Shown here: piece after piece, positions 49,268 to 63,400 of the stretch
Layout of the letters: each line of letters begins with the position of its first letter
Position numbering within the stretch: the stretch's first letter is position 1
NCBI GenBank assembly: GCA_024137785.1
Contig: JAHRHZ010000002.1
Span: 10,953,263 to 11,017,262 of the forward strand
Source: Ginglymostoma cirratum
Taxonomy: Eukaryota
Length of the DNA stretch: 64,000 bases
Direction of reading: 5' to 3'
Translations under genes and position numbers: made by a program
Notes under the pieces: model-generated
What the model was told of the DNA's origin: nothing
The model's input: only the letters and a program-made list of their open reading frames with translations
Database searches by the model: none

Positions 49268-52200
49268 GTGAGAGAAGAGTGAGGATGGGCAGACCCAGGA
49301 CCGAGGCTTGGCTGGAAAGTTGGGGTGGGCGTACACATGACAGGGTGAGAGAGGCTGGAGGTGACACAGGACATGTAGTGATAGTGGGGGGCACCCAGGA
49401 CACGGGATATAGAGGGTGGTGGTCATGCAGGACGGGGAGTGGGGCTTATTGGTGATGATCGGGTGACCCAGGACAAGGGGGAATGATAATGGGTCACCTA
49501 GGATAGGGGGAACGAGGGAGTGAGAGCATGAGGGGACCCAGGACATGGAGGCCCAATGAAGGTGGAATGGCGGGCAGAGAGGATGGGAGCAGTAAGGACA
49601 GGGAATATTGTCCGCAAGGATGGGGGAGAGAGGACGTACAGGCCGTTTAGGAGAATGGGGGAGTGAAGATGAGGAGGTTGTGAGGGCGGGAAGGCTATGA
49701 AGGAGGATTGGAGAATTGAGGGTGCGGTGGATGTCGCAGGAGGTCAGATGGGGGTTTCGTTATAATGAGGACAGGAAGGATGCGTGGATGAGGTTGTTGT
49801 AGGACGGAGGTAGAGTGAGGACTGTGGATGGTAAGTGAGAACAGGAGTGGAGGTGCGCTAGACCGAGCAGGGTGCGGGAATACCGGAGGTCTGTGTTGGA
49901 ATCCCACTTGCTGTGCAAGTGTATAATAACTTCTCTGGACAGTTTCATGAAAAGTATTAGGTTGGTTAATTTACCCCTGTTCATCCCACAATCACATTCC
50001 AGTCCCACAGATGGGAAAATAAAAGTGCTTGATACGCTGCGCCACTAGTGCCATAGTGGAAAGGATTGTGTCCAGCCAAAGCTTTTACAAAGGAAAAGGC
50101 TATTTACTGGCACACTGCACCACCGAGTCCCAATTGACGAACATGAACATGTGGAAGAATTACTTCAATTAGTCCCAGAGTGGGAAATGGCCACCTCATT
50201 AAATACTCAGAACTAATGGCAGGGGGATGGATGAGTCTCACAACGTTTTCCATCAGTCTGGGGAGAAAGGGGCAGCGTCAGATCCATTGTCCCATTTGTC
50301 CCCGAAAGAGGAAAAAATACACTTTCTGGATTATAGCACAGCCACCGTCAGATATGGAAAAAAAGTTCATCTGCGCATTGCAATAATCAGAGAAGACAGG
50401 AAAGTACTTGATCTATCCATAAGAGCAAAGTATGAACAGGTTGGGACTTTACACTGTGGAGTTCAAAAGAATGAGAAGTGGCCTCATTGAAATATGTAGG
50501 ATTGTTAAGAGTCTCAGCAGGGTAAATGCTAAGAGAAATTAAAACAGCAATTGCTGGAGAAACTCAGCTAGTCTGGCAGCCTCTGTGGAGGGAACTAGAG
50601 TTGACGTTTTGAGTCCAATGATCCTTTTCTATTCAGATTTGAATCATTCGCAATTCTTTGTTTTATTTAAATGCTGAGAGGATATTTCTCCTGGTGGGAG
50701 GCTGTAGAACCACAGAACGCAGTCTCAGAATAAAGAAGCGCGAATTTAAGATTACGATAAGAAATCTCTTCTCTCAAGGGTGGCGAGTCTTTGCAGTTCC
50801 TTGCCACAGAGAGCTGTAAGGAGTGGCGGGGTTGGGGGAAGGGGAGTGGAGTGCAAAGTCCTTATGTATCCTTAAAGCTGAGACAGATAAGTTCTTGGTC
50901 AGGAGGAGGAGGGGGCAAGAAAGTAGGTGTGAGGAGAATCAGACCTGCAGTAATCCTATGGAATGGTGGAGTACTAAAGTTTGTGGATATATTTTGTCCG
51001 GTAGAACTAGGCAGTAACTGAATATGCAAGGATAGCTCCTGACTGTATTTTAAATAAAAAAACAGCAACCATGGGTAGAAAGAAAAAAGCCTAGGAAATG
51101 ACATCTATTAGGAAATAGTCATTGCAGTGTGTTAGATTAATTGAGGCACTTGAAGCAATTAAACAAAATGGGGGCAAAGAAGTCAAAATATTAATCATGA
51201 TGGTCTGGAAACACATAACATATCTTAGAGAAATGGGCAAGGATTGCATTATGTAATATCATTCAAAATTAACAAGTATTTATGCATTAACAGCTATCAG
51301 AAGGACGGTTCTGCAAATAATTGGCGTCAAAGGGAAGGTATCAGGGTCTAATGGGAGGGCGATGACATCGGTGAATGTCCATCATCCTCAAGGGCCAATC
51401 ACAGATTGATCACACATCCTTTGATCAAATTAAGCTTTGGCTTCGCCTCAACTAGTCCAATCAGAATGTAATAAAATCATTAACATACAGTCGATTTTGA
51501 CCTCAAAATAGTTACTAAACAGCAACTTTCGGTGATTAAAAAACAATCTGAGAACTTGAAACTAAAGTTTGCGCGACCGGCAGCCCAATGAGAGATGGAA
51601 GACAACAGAAGTGTCGTGGAGAGACATGAGACCCAATGTTGCCTCATGAAGTCTAAACTGAACCGAAAATCAATGACTGGAGTACACCCATACAGTCTTT
51701 TCTCTGTTTTGTTAAATACTACTTTAAAAATTAAGCTTTCTGAATCTCATGTTACTTGAATAGTTAAAATTTCAAACGTATAAATAGGTATTGGGATTAA
51801 GTTTCCGGTTAAAACCAGAACTTACATCTCTTTGCACATTTTCCTTTGTGAGAATTACGTTTGTTGCATGTTCGTTACACAGCCATTCATTTTTTTCTCA
51901 TCCTGATTCAACTGAAATTGAGTATTTCATGAAATTCATATATTAAAGCAATCCAAGGATTTAAATGTTAACTGAAAGAAATTCTCCTCGTGAGAAACCT
52001 ACAATACAAAAGTATGAGGAAATGCAATTGAAATGGACCAGCCATATCTTCGAATTTGGCCTGCTGTGCAATACAGTCAGTGCTGAAAATTTATCATACT
52101 TCACTTGCCCACAAGCCCTCCATATCCTTTGATTATCTGAGAAATTAATAAAATCTGACCATGCCTTCAATTGATATGAACGATGAAGAATTCATAATTA

Positions 52201-52509
52201 TTTGGGGTAGAGAATTTTAAGTATTCTGAAGTCTCTGAACAAAGAATTTTTCCATCTCTCAATTCTAAGTGACACTGCATATCCTGAGAGTTTACACACA
52301 TATTATGCCAGACAGGGGAAATTACCACTCACTGTTTATCTTAACAAGCACTTTCAGTGTCTTCCTTATTATTCGGATCACCTCTTATGCCTTGAAAGTC
52401 TAGAATTTTCAAGAGAATTTAGTAAATCTGTTATAATATCAAACATTCAGCACAAAAAAAATCAATGCAATGAACCTCCCCTTTCGAAACATAAACAAAA
52501 ATTGCTGGA

Positions 52510-53330
52510 CCCAGTGGTCCTTCTTCAGAACTGATCGTAGCTCGGAAATGATTGGGATATGTGCTGAACATGGAATGGGAGGAAGAGGAAAGAGTAAACG
52601 ATAAGTGAAGATGGAGTCCAGAGAAGGAGAACAACATTTGGACAAGCAAATGGGTAGTAGTCATCCCGAGAGAATCAATAGCTGCTCATGGGGACCAGTA
52701 GTAGCTGACAATGGCTTGATTGTGGTAGCCGTCCATGTGGTGTGTGGGTGTTGGGGTGAAGGTATGGGAGAAGGCGTTCAGGTCCTAAAGTTGATGAACC
52801 CGATATCGAGTCCGAAAGGTCACAGAGTCCCAAGCAGAAGATAAGGTACTGTTCTTTCAGTTTGTGCAGAGCTTTGCTGGAATATTGCAGCATGCTGGAG
52901 ACAGAGATGCTGACCAGGGAGTTTGGTAGGTGTTTTGAAGTGTAGGCAACATGAAGCTCAGGGTCATTTTTGTGGATGGAAATTAGGTGCTCTGCAAAGT
53001 GATTGCCAAGTCTGAGTCTTGTCTGACCAATGTAGAGACCACTTTGTGAGCAGCGAATAAAGTAAGACTCGAATGAGTGATGTGCGCGTAAATCCCTGCT
53101 TCATCAGGAAGGCATGTCTGCTGCCTTGGATATTGAGGAGTGAAAGATTAAATGGGAAGGTGTTGCACATTCTGCGATTGCATTGGAACGTGCCGTGGAG
53201 GTGTGGGACGAAGATATCCTGGAGGGAATGTCCCTGGCATTGTCTGACAAGGGAGGGGCAGGGAATATGTGGTGGCTTCGGTTGGAGGTGGCAGAAATGG
53301 CGGCTTATGATCCTTAATGTTAGGGGTCTG
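52510..53330 (-). mobile_element. Degenerate Penelope-like element fragment
   Basis: HGTFQCNRRMCNT and HKLKEQYLIFCLG motifs on the - strand; terminal repeat remnant near 52515-52530. Confidence 0.8.
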
Positions 53331-53491
53331 TATCTTGAAATGGTCAATGCTGCATTTTGTTGCCATATTCTAAACAAAAACATAAACCGAATTCGAGTAT
53401 TTTTACCGGCCTGACTCATAAATCAGTTCAGGAAAAATAATTTATGTCTCACTGACTCCTGCTCGGCACCCTGGAAAGAAGAATACGTCAC

Positions 53492-53786
53492 TCATAGAAT
53501 CCCTACAGAGCGGAAATAGGCCCTTCGGCCCGACCAGTCCGCACCGGCCCTCACACCCAGACCCATCCCCCTAATCTACACACCCCTGGACACTATGGGA
53601 CAATTTAGCGCAACTAGACCACCTAGTCTTTGGACTGTGGGAGGAAACCGGAGCACCCGGAAGAAACCCACGCAGACACGGCGAGAATATGCAAACTCCA
53701 CACAGACGGTCGCCCAAGGGTGGGATCGAAATGGCGTTCCTGGCGCTGTGAGGCAACAGTGCTGACCACTGAGCCACCGTGCTGCC
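53492..53786 (-). mobile_element. tRNA-derived HE1/V-SINE-like element
   Basis: - strand ggcagcacggtggctcagtggtcagcact (A box)...tgtgtggagtttgca...ccggtttcctcccacagtccaaagac (V-domain-like core), CR1-like tail. Deleted relatives at 810-1070 and 34177-34430. Confidence 0.8.
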
Positions 53787-55766
53787 ACTTTATTTCTCTG
53801 TGTGGAGATCAGAATGGAGAGGGAGATCGCCTATCTCCTTGACCTCCAAGAGACAGCAACCTTTTGTGAGTTGCTGCACCATACTGACTGCAGTGACTGA
53901 AAGACTCGTGTTATCTTCTAAGAAGACCATGGGGGTCAACAACCAGTGTCCACTTCTAAAGAATGAATAAGATGCATGCAGCCGCTGGGCGAGCCAACGA
54001 GCGAATTCCATGCCATGGTTGTTCGGCGGGATGTTTAAGGCAAGAGGAAGCAACGACCATTGTAGGTAACGATAAATTTGCAACAGGCATATTTGGTGAA
54101 GAGAAGGATTTTTCACAAGGCTTGAATGTTCAATATTTATCGTGTCTCCTCGTTGAAGAAGCATTCACCAAAATAAAAAGCAAAAGGACGATTATTACCT
54201 AGCTTGTAATCATACCCATAGCTAATCAATATCAAGTTTAAGATGTAATACCACTACCTTACACAATTGAGATGTCTGTGTCCAGTTGACAATGCCTGAT
54301 CCTTTCAAAAACACATGGCCAAAACTATTTTTCTGGAGGATATGAGAATTCCTGAGATTGAGAGAATGATGCTGCTGAACTGGAGAATAGAGTTCACCAA
54401 ATCGAGTGATAGACACAGTGGGGTCCGTTTACTCCAAAGGTGTGAATGGAGTTCTGCCAAGTGTTCCGTTCCTGAGAGAGCAGAAATATCTTTCTTGAAT
54501 GATTAACTTCATGATATAATTGTTACGAACATTACGTAGTTCTATGGTTGCTGGCTTCAATACGGTTACACATGTTTCTGGAATATATATGTGTGCAACC
54601 AGGCAAATATTCAGCCTATAGCTTCCTGAATAAAATCTGTGCTTTTACAACATTTGCGAAACCAACAGCACCGGAGATGTGCTAACTTGCTGTCAAGCCA
54701 CAAATTCCACTTGACAATTCTTGCTGATGTGTAAACTTGTGAAATCAGGGTCAGGTTAAATACAAACAGCCTTTCGTATTAAACGGAATGCAAACCAATT
54801 GTATTCTGCATATACTAAAAGCGTAAATTAAAGACAGACGAAATAAGGATAAACACTCAGTCGGTGAGGCAACAGCTGTAGAGCAAGGACATTCAGTTAA
54901 TAACGCCCAACTGAACTGGAAGTCATGAGAGTTGAAACATTTTTGCAAGAGTGAAGGGAAGTGAGATCTGAGGCAGGGAAAAGACTCAAAAGAAGTCTGT
55001 GTTATGTCAGTGAGTGCCAAACGGCCACTTACTTCTTGGAACGTGTAACACTCTTAAAGTAATCGGATTACTGTTGACTTCCAAACTCACAATTGCTTGA
55101 CGAGCTTTGTGTTTGGGGCTTGTCAACGTATTGGATTAGCATATGCAGTAAAGAAGATGCATCTTGGTGGATCTTATTTGAATAGTATTGACTTTTGCAT
55201 GCTGTTTCCAAAGTGGTCCAAAACCAGTTTATTCAAAATGTATATTTTCTCATTTTAGTGTATACTTTGCATGGCTTTACATTTGTTTCCCTCTTTCAGG
55301 AATTGATATAAAAAGCAGATAGCTGAAACTTTCTATTTGTTCCTCTCTCCTCAAAGGCACTGCCAGATATGCTAAGTATCCTTTATTCTTTAACATCATC
55401 ATCTGGGAAAATGCGTTGCACTAATTGTAAAATAATTGACTCGTACCTACTGCTTTTGAATAGAATTTGACATCGCTCCTTCGTTGGAATTGGGAAATGT
55501 GTTAACACACATCTCTGCTGAGTTGCCCGGTTGTGATTTTCAGGTTACAGCCCCTCATTCTAGACTGTCCATCATTGGACAAATAAAGTCTTCTCCATAT
55601 ATCCTACCAATAGCTTTAAACAGAAAACTAAGAATCACTATTAAATCACACCTTAATTGCAGCTATTGAAAGGAACTCTATGTTAACGAGTTCCCTTAAA
55701 ATTTAACGCACTTTGCCCAAACTTAATTCATATTTTCCCCGGTGTAGGTGAAACAATATTTCAGAT

Positions 55767-55860
55767 ATAACAAAGTGTGGAGATGGAAGAACACAGCAGG
55801 CCAGGCAGCATCAGAGGAGCAGGAAAGTTGACGTTTCGGGTCGGGACCCTTCTTCAGAAA
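55767..55860 (-). mobile_element. Short Penelope-derived cassette with intact hammerhead core
   Basis: - strand TTTCTGAAGA-A-GGGT-CCCG-ACCC-GAAACGTCAAC; near-direct repeat ca(a/g)tatttcagat on both sides. Confidence 0.7.
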
Positions 55861-56479
55861 TAGGCTGTATTTCAGTATTTCAGATGTTTTCCGAACACGA
55901 CTTACATCAGTGCCCTTTATTTCGAGAGGAGACTCGTTACCCTTAACTTCTTTATTCAAACAGTTCTGAAAATGTCACCTAAGCAGCTCAACGATTTAAC
56001 TAATCAATGGGCTTTATGTCACATATTAATTACTCTCTTGAACTCCACGTAAGCTACATCGATAGGCATTCTCTGGTCCCCTAATTTATATACTTCCTCA
56101 AAAAAGGTTCAACTGTTTTGTGAGATATAACTCAACCTTTACGAATCCACGTCGATGTGTTGTAGAAACCACAATGATCTGAGTGCAGTCATCCTGTCCG
56201 TCAGCACATATTGCAATAATTCAACGTTTCTCCATAACAACGCCGTTCATTTTCTACCAGCATCATCAAAAAAAGAATCTGACAGCAATTCCACCAGTCA
56301 ACCCTTACTACTGGGTACCTATTTCCTCAACGTTATCAGTGGTTTCATCCTGTGTTTGGTAGAATGGATTTCTACGGGATATTCTGAATAACGGCTCAAA
56401 TGAATAACACGGTATGGTTCTCTTTGACATACCTAGAATTACTATGATAAAAATTTAGGGACCTGTGTAATGCATGTGC

Positions 56480-58010
56480 GAAGCCAGCGGACATTGGCAG
56501 AGTGTTAAATGAATACTTAAACACCTTTCTTTATTGAGGAAAAGGGTATGTAAGTACAGAATTCCAGAAGATGCACTGTGAAGTGCTTGAGCAAACTAAG
56601 AAGCAGGGAGGTTTTGAAGGTTTTTGGCGGGTTTAAAAGGAGACAAATCCCTAGGTCCGAGTGATTTGTATTCTAAGCTACTTTGGGACATGAAGGAGGA
56701 AAGTATAGCGGCCCTAACCCAAACTTTTAAATCGCCCCTTGCCACAGGGGAGATACCAGGGACCCAGAAGACAGCTAATGCAGTTCCACTTCACAAGAAG
56801 GGTGGTAGGGGTAGACAAGGGAAGTGCAGACCAGCAAGTCTAACATCGTTGACAGGAAAATTATTGTAGAAAACAGTGAAAGTAAAATTAATCTCTGTTT
56901 AGAAAGGCAAGGATTGTCAGCATGGTTTTGTCAGAGGGAGTTCATGCCAAACAAATCGGCAGAATTTTTCAACGAGGTGTTTAGGTGAGAGCAGGGCTGA
57001 TGATATATTATATTGATTTTAGCAAGGCCTTTTACAAGGTCCCATGTGGGAAACTGATAAGGAGGATAAAAGCTAATTAATCCAAAATTGACTTAATGGG
57101 GCGACAAAGTGAATGGTAGAAGGCTGTGTGGCTGCAGCCTGGTATGCAGTGGTGTACCACGGGGATCATTTCTGGATGTTTTATCGTTTGTGATATTAAC
57201 TAATGATGTAGATGTAAATATGGGTGGGATGACAAGTAATTTTGCGGATGACACAAAGTTTGGCTAAGTTGTTGACAGTGAGGAGGAAGTGTGAGAATAT
57301 AGGGGGATATAAACGGATTAGTCAGATGGGCAGATCAATTGGGCAAATGAAATGTAACTCTAATAAATGTGTGGTGATGCACTTTCAAAGCAGGAGCAAG
57401 ACAAGTGAACACTCAATGAATGACAGGATACTGGGAAGTTCAGAGGAAGAGAGAGAGATCTTAGGGTGCTTGTCAACAGACCCGTGTTGGTGGTAGGACA
57501 GGTTAACAGGTTAGTTCAGAAGGCACTTGGGATGTTTATCTTTATCAGTCGTGGCAGATTACAAGACGAGTGAGTTATCTTAAGCTATACATAACTTTGG
57601 GAAGGTCACAGATGGAGTGCCGTGTGCAGTTCTGGCCACCACCCTATGGGAAGAATGAGATGGACTGGAGTGGCGAAAAGGAGATTCACCAGGATGTTGC
57701 CTCGGATGGAGCATTTTGGCTGAGAAGGAAGGCTGGAAAAGCTCTGGTTATTTTCTTTGGAACAGGGAAGGTTGACCTGATATAAGATAATGAGGGGTGT
57801 GGAAATGGTAAATAGAAATCACATGTGAGTTGAAGGGTCAATAACAAATTTAACGTGGATGGCAGGAGATTTAGAGGAAAAACGTTTTCACCTGGAGGGT
57901 GGTGAGAGCGTGAAATGCACTGCCTGGGAAGGTAGTTGAGACGAGGGTAGTTACGACTGATCAAAGACAATAAAGGGAATACACTTGTGGAGACAAAGGG
58001 CATGGGCAAG
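56480..58010 (+). mobile_element. CR1-like LINE RT fragment, degenerate
   Basis: KSLGPSDLYSKLL, TANAVPLHKKG...CRPASLTS, tttgcggatgacacaaag (FADDTK), CRVQFWPP. Confidence 0.9.
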
Positions 58011-59419
58011 ATATCCAATGAACACTTTTTTCCCCAAAGATGAGGACCCTACCAATATAGCAGTAAAAATGTACATAGGTCGAGTTAGTTCATGCCGTGG
58101 CTCCCAAAATAATGGCAGTTCTTACATGAAAAGAAAAGTATTTTAAATGAGAGGCTTCGGGAGAGTCAGAGAGGTGAAGGTTTCAGAAGTTGATCATGTT
58201 ATCATCCATAACTTCAATATCTAATTTTTCGAGGGAATGTTTGAAGTAACTTTGGGCTGTCTGTATGCAAACGTTTTTGAGGCAGATGGTATGTATCCAA
58301 GTTTCATGACTTGGGCAGAAGTTGAAATTCCCTTGGGGTCAACTGCAATCTTTCAATACAACCTTGTCTGTGAAGTGGCTGCGGTTCTGCACATTGCACA
58401 CCCTTGTTTCGTTTTTGCTTTAACCACGAGTCTAAATCCACGAGCTAATTACAATCGGGTGAGGGAAAGGAATTGCAGTCAATTCTCCGCAACAAACATA
58501 GCCAACATTTCGGGATGGTATAGGCTAATAAATAAAATCTGCACGGAATTGGAGAAGAAAAATTGTGTTTTACTAATTGGCTAAATTCATCGACATCACA
58601 GAGAGGATTGATGAGGACAGTGAAGATGTCATTGTACAAATGGACTTTCAAATGCATCAGTTGGAAGATACTGCACAATATGCCTGTTGGCGAAATTAAT
58701 GCCCATGGCACATTTCGTGCGCTTTCTGCATTACCTAAATTATATCTCATTAGCAGAAAGCATACTTTATGCCTAGTTTTCAGTACTTGTAAGTTTACGC
58801 ACCAAAGGGTTGAAATTAGCCCCGTCTGCAGAATCCACTTTGTCCATAGCACCTGAAAACAAAGAAAACTTGAGATTTTAACAACGAATCAAGGGGGTTG
58901 CGATATATTTAAGTAAGTGAGGAAACTGGACAACACCGCACGGGATGAAGGGTAGAAATTAGAATTACAAATTAAGAGGAAGCATGCAACTTTAGCTGCG
59001 CATAATCTTTATTGTCACAGTCCATATTTTTGCCTGTGAAATGTATTTGATTATTAAATGAGACAAAATTAAAATTGTTTATTTACTTACAGTAAAAAGC
59101 GAAATGGCACAATAATTGAAATGTATGTGAACAAGAGTGAGTTATTCTATTATCTCATTAACAAGAACCATAGGTTCAGTGCAACATACAACTGAAAGGT
59201 TTCCCTTTATTGCGGATTAGCCTATTGATGTATAACACCACATGCTTAAGTTATATTCCTCAGGAAAAGAAATTTGTCATTTTTGGTTTGCCTGTCGCTC
59301 TAAACCACACAATAATGTTGTTATCTTTTAACGGCATCGGCGATATGCCTAGATACCATACATTTTAACACATACCAGGCTAATTAAAGTCAAATTGACG
59401 CGTCATATGTTGCAAATTA

Positions 59420-60730
59420 TCTCAGAATACAATGGAACCTGGATCAAATAGGCCAATAGGCCGAGGAGTGGCAGATGGAGTTTAATTTAGATAAACGTGA
59501 GGTGCTGCATTTTGGTAAAGCAAACCAGGGGAGGACTTAAACAGATAATGGTGCCGAACAGATATTCCTAGAGGTACAGATGCTAAATTGCTTGAAAGTG
59601 GAGTCGTAGGTAGCAGGAGTAGCGAAGAAGGCGTTTGGCACTCTTGCCTTCATTGGTCAGTGAATTGAGGATCGGAATTGGGATGCCATGTTGCGGCTGT
59701 ACAGGACATTGGTGAGGCCACTTTTATAGTATTGTTCAATCCTGCTGTAGGAAACATGTTGTTGTACTTGAATAGGTTCATAAAAGGTTTACAAGGACTT
59801 TAACTGGACTGGAGGGTTTGAGCTATAGGGAGAGGTTGGATAGGCTTGGCCTTTTTTTGCCTGGAGTATGGGTAGATGAGTGTTGACCTTATGGTGGCTT
59901 ATAACATCATGAGGGGCATGGATGGGATGAATAGAAAAGGTCTGTTTCCTAGGGTAGGATGTCCAAAACTAGAAGGTATAGGTTTAAGAGATAAAAGGTA
60001 CTGCAGATGCTGGAGAATCCGAGATAACAAGCATGGGGCTGGATGAACACAACAGGTCAAGCAGCATCATAGGAGCAGGAAAACTTGACGTTTCGGGCCT
60101 AAACCGTTCATCAGAAAAGGTATAGGTTTCAGATGAGAGGGGCAAGGTTTAAAAGCACCCTGAAAGGTAGCTTGCTCACGCTGAGGGTGGTGAGTGTGAA
60201 TGGAATAAGCTTCCAGATGAGAAGGTGAAGGCTGGTACAATTACAACATTTAAAAGGCATCCTGAATGGGTGTATGAATAGGAAAGATTTAGAGGGATAT
60301 TGGCCAAATGCTGGCAAACGGGACTAGATCAGTTTAGGATTTCCGGTCAGCGGACGGGATTGACGCAGGGACTGTTTCCTTTCTACATAAATTTATGACT
60401 TTTTTAATTCATTAACGGGATGAGGGCATCGCTGACCAGGCAGCATTTTTAAGGTGCGAGGAGCAAGGTTTAAAGGTGATGTACGAGGCAAGTTTTTTAC
60501 GCAGAGGGTGGTGGGTGCCTGGAACTCGTTACCGGGGGAGGTAGCGGAAGCAGATACAGTAGTGACTTTTAAAGGGCGTCTTGACAAATACATGAATAGG
60601 ATGGGAATAGAGGGATATGGTCCCCGGAAGGGTAGGGGGTTTTAGTTGTGACAGGCAGCATGTCGGTGTCGGTGCAGGCTTGGAGGGCCGAAGGGCCTGT
60701 TCCTGTGCTGTAATTTTCTTTGTTCTTCGT
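59420..60730 (+). mobile_element. Two adjacent CR1-like 3' fragments with nested short insertions
   Basis: tggcagatggagtttaat (WQMEFN); RGKFFTQRVVGAWNSLPGEVAEA...FKGRLDKYM. Confidence 0.85.
59990..60116 (-). mobile_element. Short Penelope-derived cassette inserted in a CR1 LINE
   Basis: TSD aaggtataggttt at 59973-59985 and 60117-60129; CTGATGA...GAAACGTC core on the - strand. Confidence 0.75.
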
Positions 60731-62974
60731 TCTATAATGGCTGCAGAATTCGGACTCAGTTGAAAAACGAATGGAGGCACTTCGAAATTTGACTGGGAAG
60801 GGTGAAACAAGAAAACCCTGAAAGTGGGAATACGGCAAAACTGTCAGGTCTAACCGTCCTGAACTGTAGCACACGTATCTCCTGGACAGCACTTTCCAAA
60901 TCCATCAAAAACGTAGGAGTTCAAGGGCAGTAGCGGCGTAGAAACACGACCATCTGCGAGATCCCTCTAAACCATGCTCCATCCTCATTTGGAAATATAT
61001 CGCCGTTCCTTCACTGGTTCAGCGACGTTCCTCCGTTAATCACTGTCATTCTGCATGGGCCATCGTCGAAGGATACGGAGTAGGCTCTTTAGGACAAAGT
61101 TGAAGCGAAATTTCTTCACGCAGAGAGTGGTGAGCCTGTGCGTTCCTCTCCAAGGAAAATAGTTGATGCCAACTCGTTGATCATTTTCGACAAGGACTTA
61201 TTCAAATGAGGTCTTAGGACTAGGAAGTGGGGGAAAAGTAGGAACAGGGTGCAGAGTTGAATGATCAACCAAGATCCTATCGGATGTCGGCGCAGGCGTT
61301 TAAGGCCCAGTGGTCTATTCTTCCTTCTGTTTTCTATGTGCTATACCAGCACCTTATGGAGTGTAAATATTGATGAGGCTGCTGGCGAATTCTAAATCGA
61401 CCCTCCTCAAGACTTCGGCAGCTTTCTACTGTCCTGAACGGCTTACAGTTTCATCAGCTGATTCGCCATTCGGTCCGAATGCTGTGACTAAATTGGGACC
61501 GCTTTCCCAAAGGTAAAACCACGATTTCAGACCTGTCCCACAGGCCTGGACGTTCCACGGTCTTTCCCTGATATTTATGGGGACCAGAAAGGACGTGAGT
61601 GGATCAAATTTGGGACAGGAAATAAAATGCAATGATCGTCATTGCGGCCTCGTTGACTGAATATAAATGCAACACTTGGAAGCTAAAATAAGAAACCCGT
61701 TGCTTGTTTATGCTGTCATGACAAGAAATAGAATAAAACATGTATGCTAGTGACAATGTTTTTTGAGTTAAAAGTCTTCCGTTCTGTGCGTCAATACCTA
61801 ACACATAGCTAGGACTCCACAGAAAAGTGATGAGTTCGTAGAAGATCTCAGATTATTGAAATTTTAGACTCATTGAAATAATTTTTGGAAGTTTTAGGAA
61901 ACATTACAGACACCTCTGAGACAAATCCAGGTGTAACGATGCAAACTTGCTTCATTATCTTGGGAATGAACTGTATGTGGTGAAATATTGCCACTTACTG
62001 GTGCGGAGACGCATGACACAAACAGAATGCGCAGTCAGAATGCTCAACTGTTGGAGGCGCCATCTTTAAGATTTGACATTGAACAGGAACCCTTCCTCTT
62101 CCCTTTCATGTAGCAAATTCCACGGTGCAACTTGGAAACCCAGCCAAGTTCTCTTTGACCCGGAAAATATTTATCCCTCAACTGACGCCGACAATAAAAA
62201 ATAATATCCCGTCATCAACACGGGAGTTTGTAATGAATAGACAATGAACAAATATAGTCCTCCATGTCTTAAGTTGCAAAGTTAAGTATTATTTGAAAGT
62301 ACTTCATCATCTCTCAAGCTATTTGCAATATTGCGGTCTTCGATCGAAGATGCTGTTTAAATTCAAGTCTATCCAATAATCCCAGAACTGATCGAACAGA
62401 GCTAGAGTTATCTTGTGATACAGTGGATATATTATCTCTAGACCAAGAGGCTGGCGCTCCATCTCACTAGCTCCAAAGTTGTGTTATATAACATTTCTGC
62501 GCAAGTTGTTGGGGGAATGTATCTAGAATCAGAGCCACCTAAGAGGAATGATGAACTATTTTATTGTGACATATACTTGGGAAAATACAGTGAGAAGTGT
62601 TTTGTCGCCACAATCCGGCACCATTTTGGATTAAAAAATGAATTAAAAAAATTACTTAATTCGAGCTTCATCTTGCATTCAATTGACAGAAAAATATAAG
62701 GCAGAAACGTAAGAAATAATGTCCAACTTTACAGTCCTTCTTGTGAGGCACTAGTTCAGGTTTTCTTAAGGTCTACGGGGTTTCTGTAAGGTGTTCCAGT
62801 CTCCGGTCAGCAATGAGTCTCAGTTCCATGTCCAATCAATGCCCCAGGAGGTCCCGACTCCGCTTCCAATGCCTCGTTGACGTCGCTAGGAGTCCCGTTC
62901 CGGGCCATACAATCAGTAAATCAGCTTAATTTCAAGGTAAGTGGCGGCATTTTGTGTTAGCAAAGTCAATATCA

Positions 62975-63400
62975 TTGGGCCCCACACCTCAGGAAGGACA
63001 TACTGACACTGGAGCGTGTCCAGCGGAGATTCACACGGATGATCCCTGGAATGGTCGGCCTAACATACGATGAACGGCTGAGGATCCTGGGATTGTATTC
63101 ATTAGAGTTTAGAAGGTTGAGGGGAGATCTAATAGAAACTTACAAGATAATGCATGGCTTAGAAAGGGTGGACGCTGGGAAGTTGTTTCCGTTAGGTGGG
63201 GATACTAGGACCCGGGGCACAGCCTTAGAATTAGAGTGGGTCAATTTAGAACTGAAATGAGGAGACATTTCTTCAGCCAGAGAGTGGTGGGCCTGTGGAA
63301 TTCATTGCCACGGAGAGCAGTGGAGGCCGGGACGTTGAATGTCTTCAAGGCAGAGATTGATAAATTCTTGATCTCGCAAGGAATCAAGGGCTACGGGGAG
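62975..63400 (+). mobile_element. CR1-like LINE 3' fragment, relatively intact
   Basis: MIPGMVGLTYDERLRILGLYSLEFRRLRGDLIETYKI; FFSQRVVGLWNSLP. Confidence 0.9.

Noticed and set aside
53800-54520. Faint PRY/SPRY-like words (LDLQETA, AEISFLND)
   Set aside because: Key motifs such as HYWEV are missing and the frames are inconsistent; too weak without a profile search.
58445-59140. - strand acceptor at 58852, donor near 59091 and a 135-aa ORF
   Set aside because: No recognisable protein in any frame and no coherent exon chain could be built.
61426-61804. - strand ORFs with a donor-like GTAAGC near 61446
   Set aside because: No homology recognised and no compatible partner exon found.
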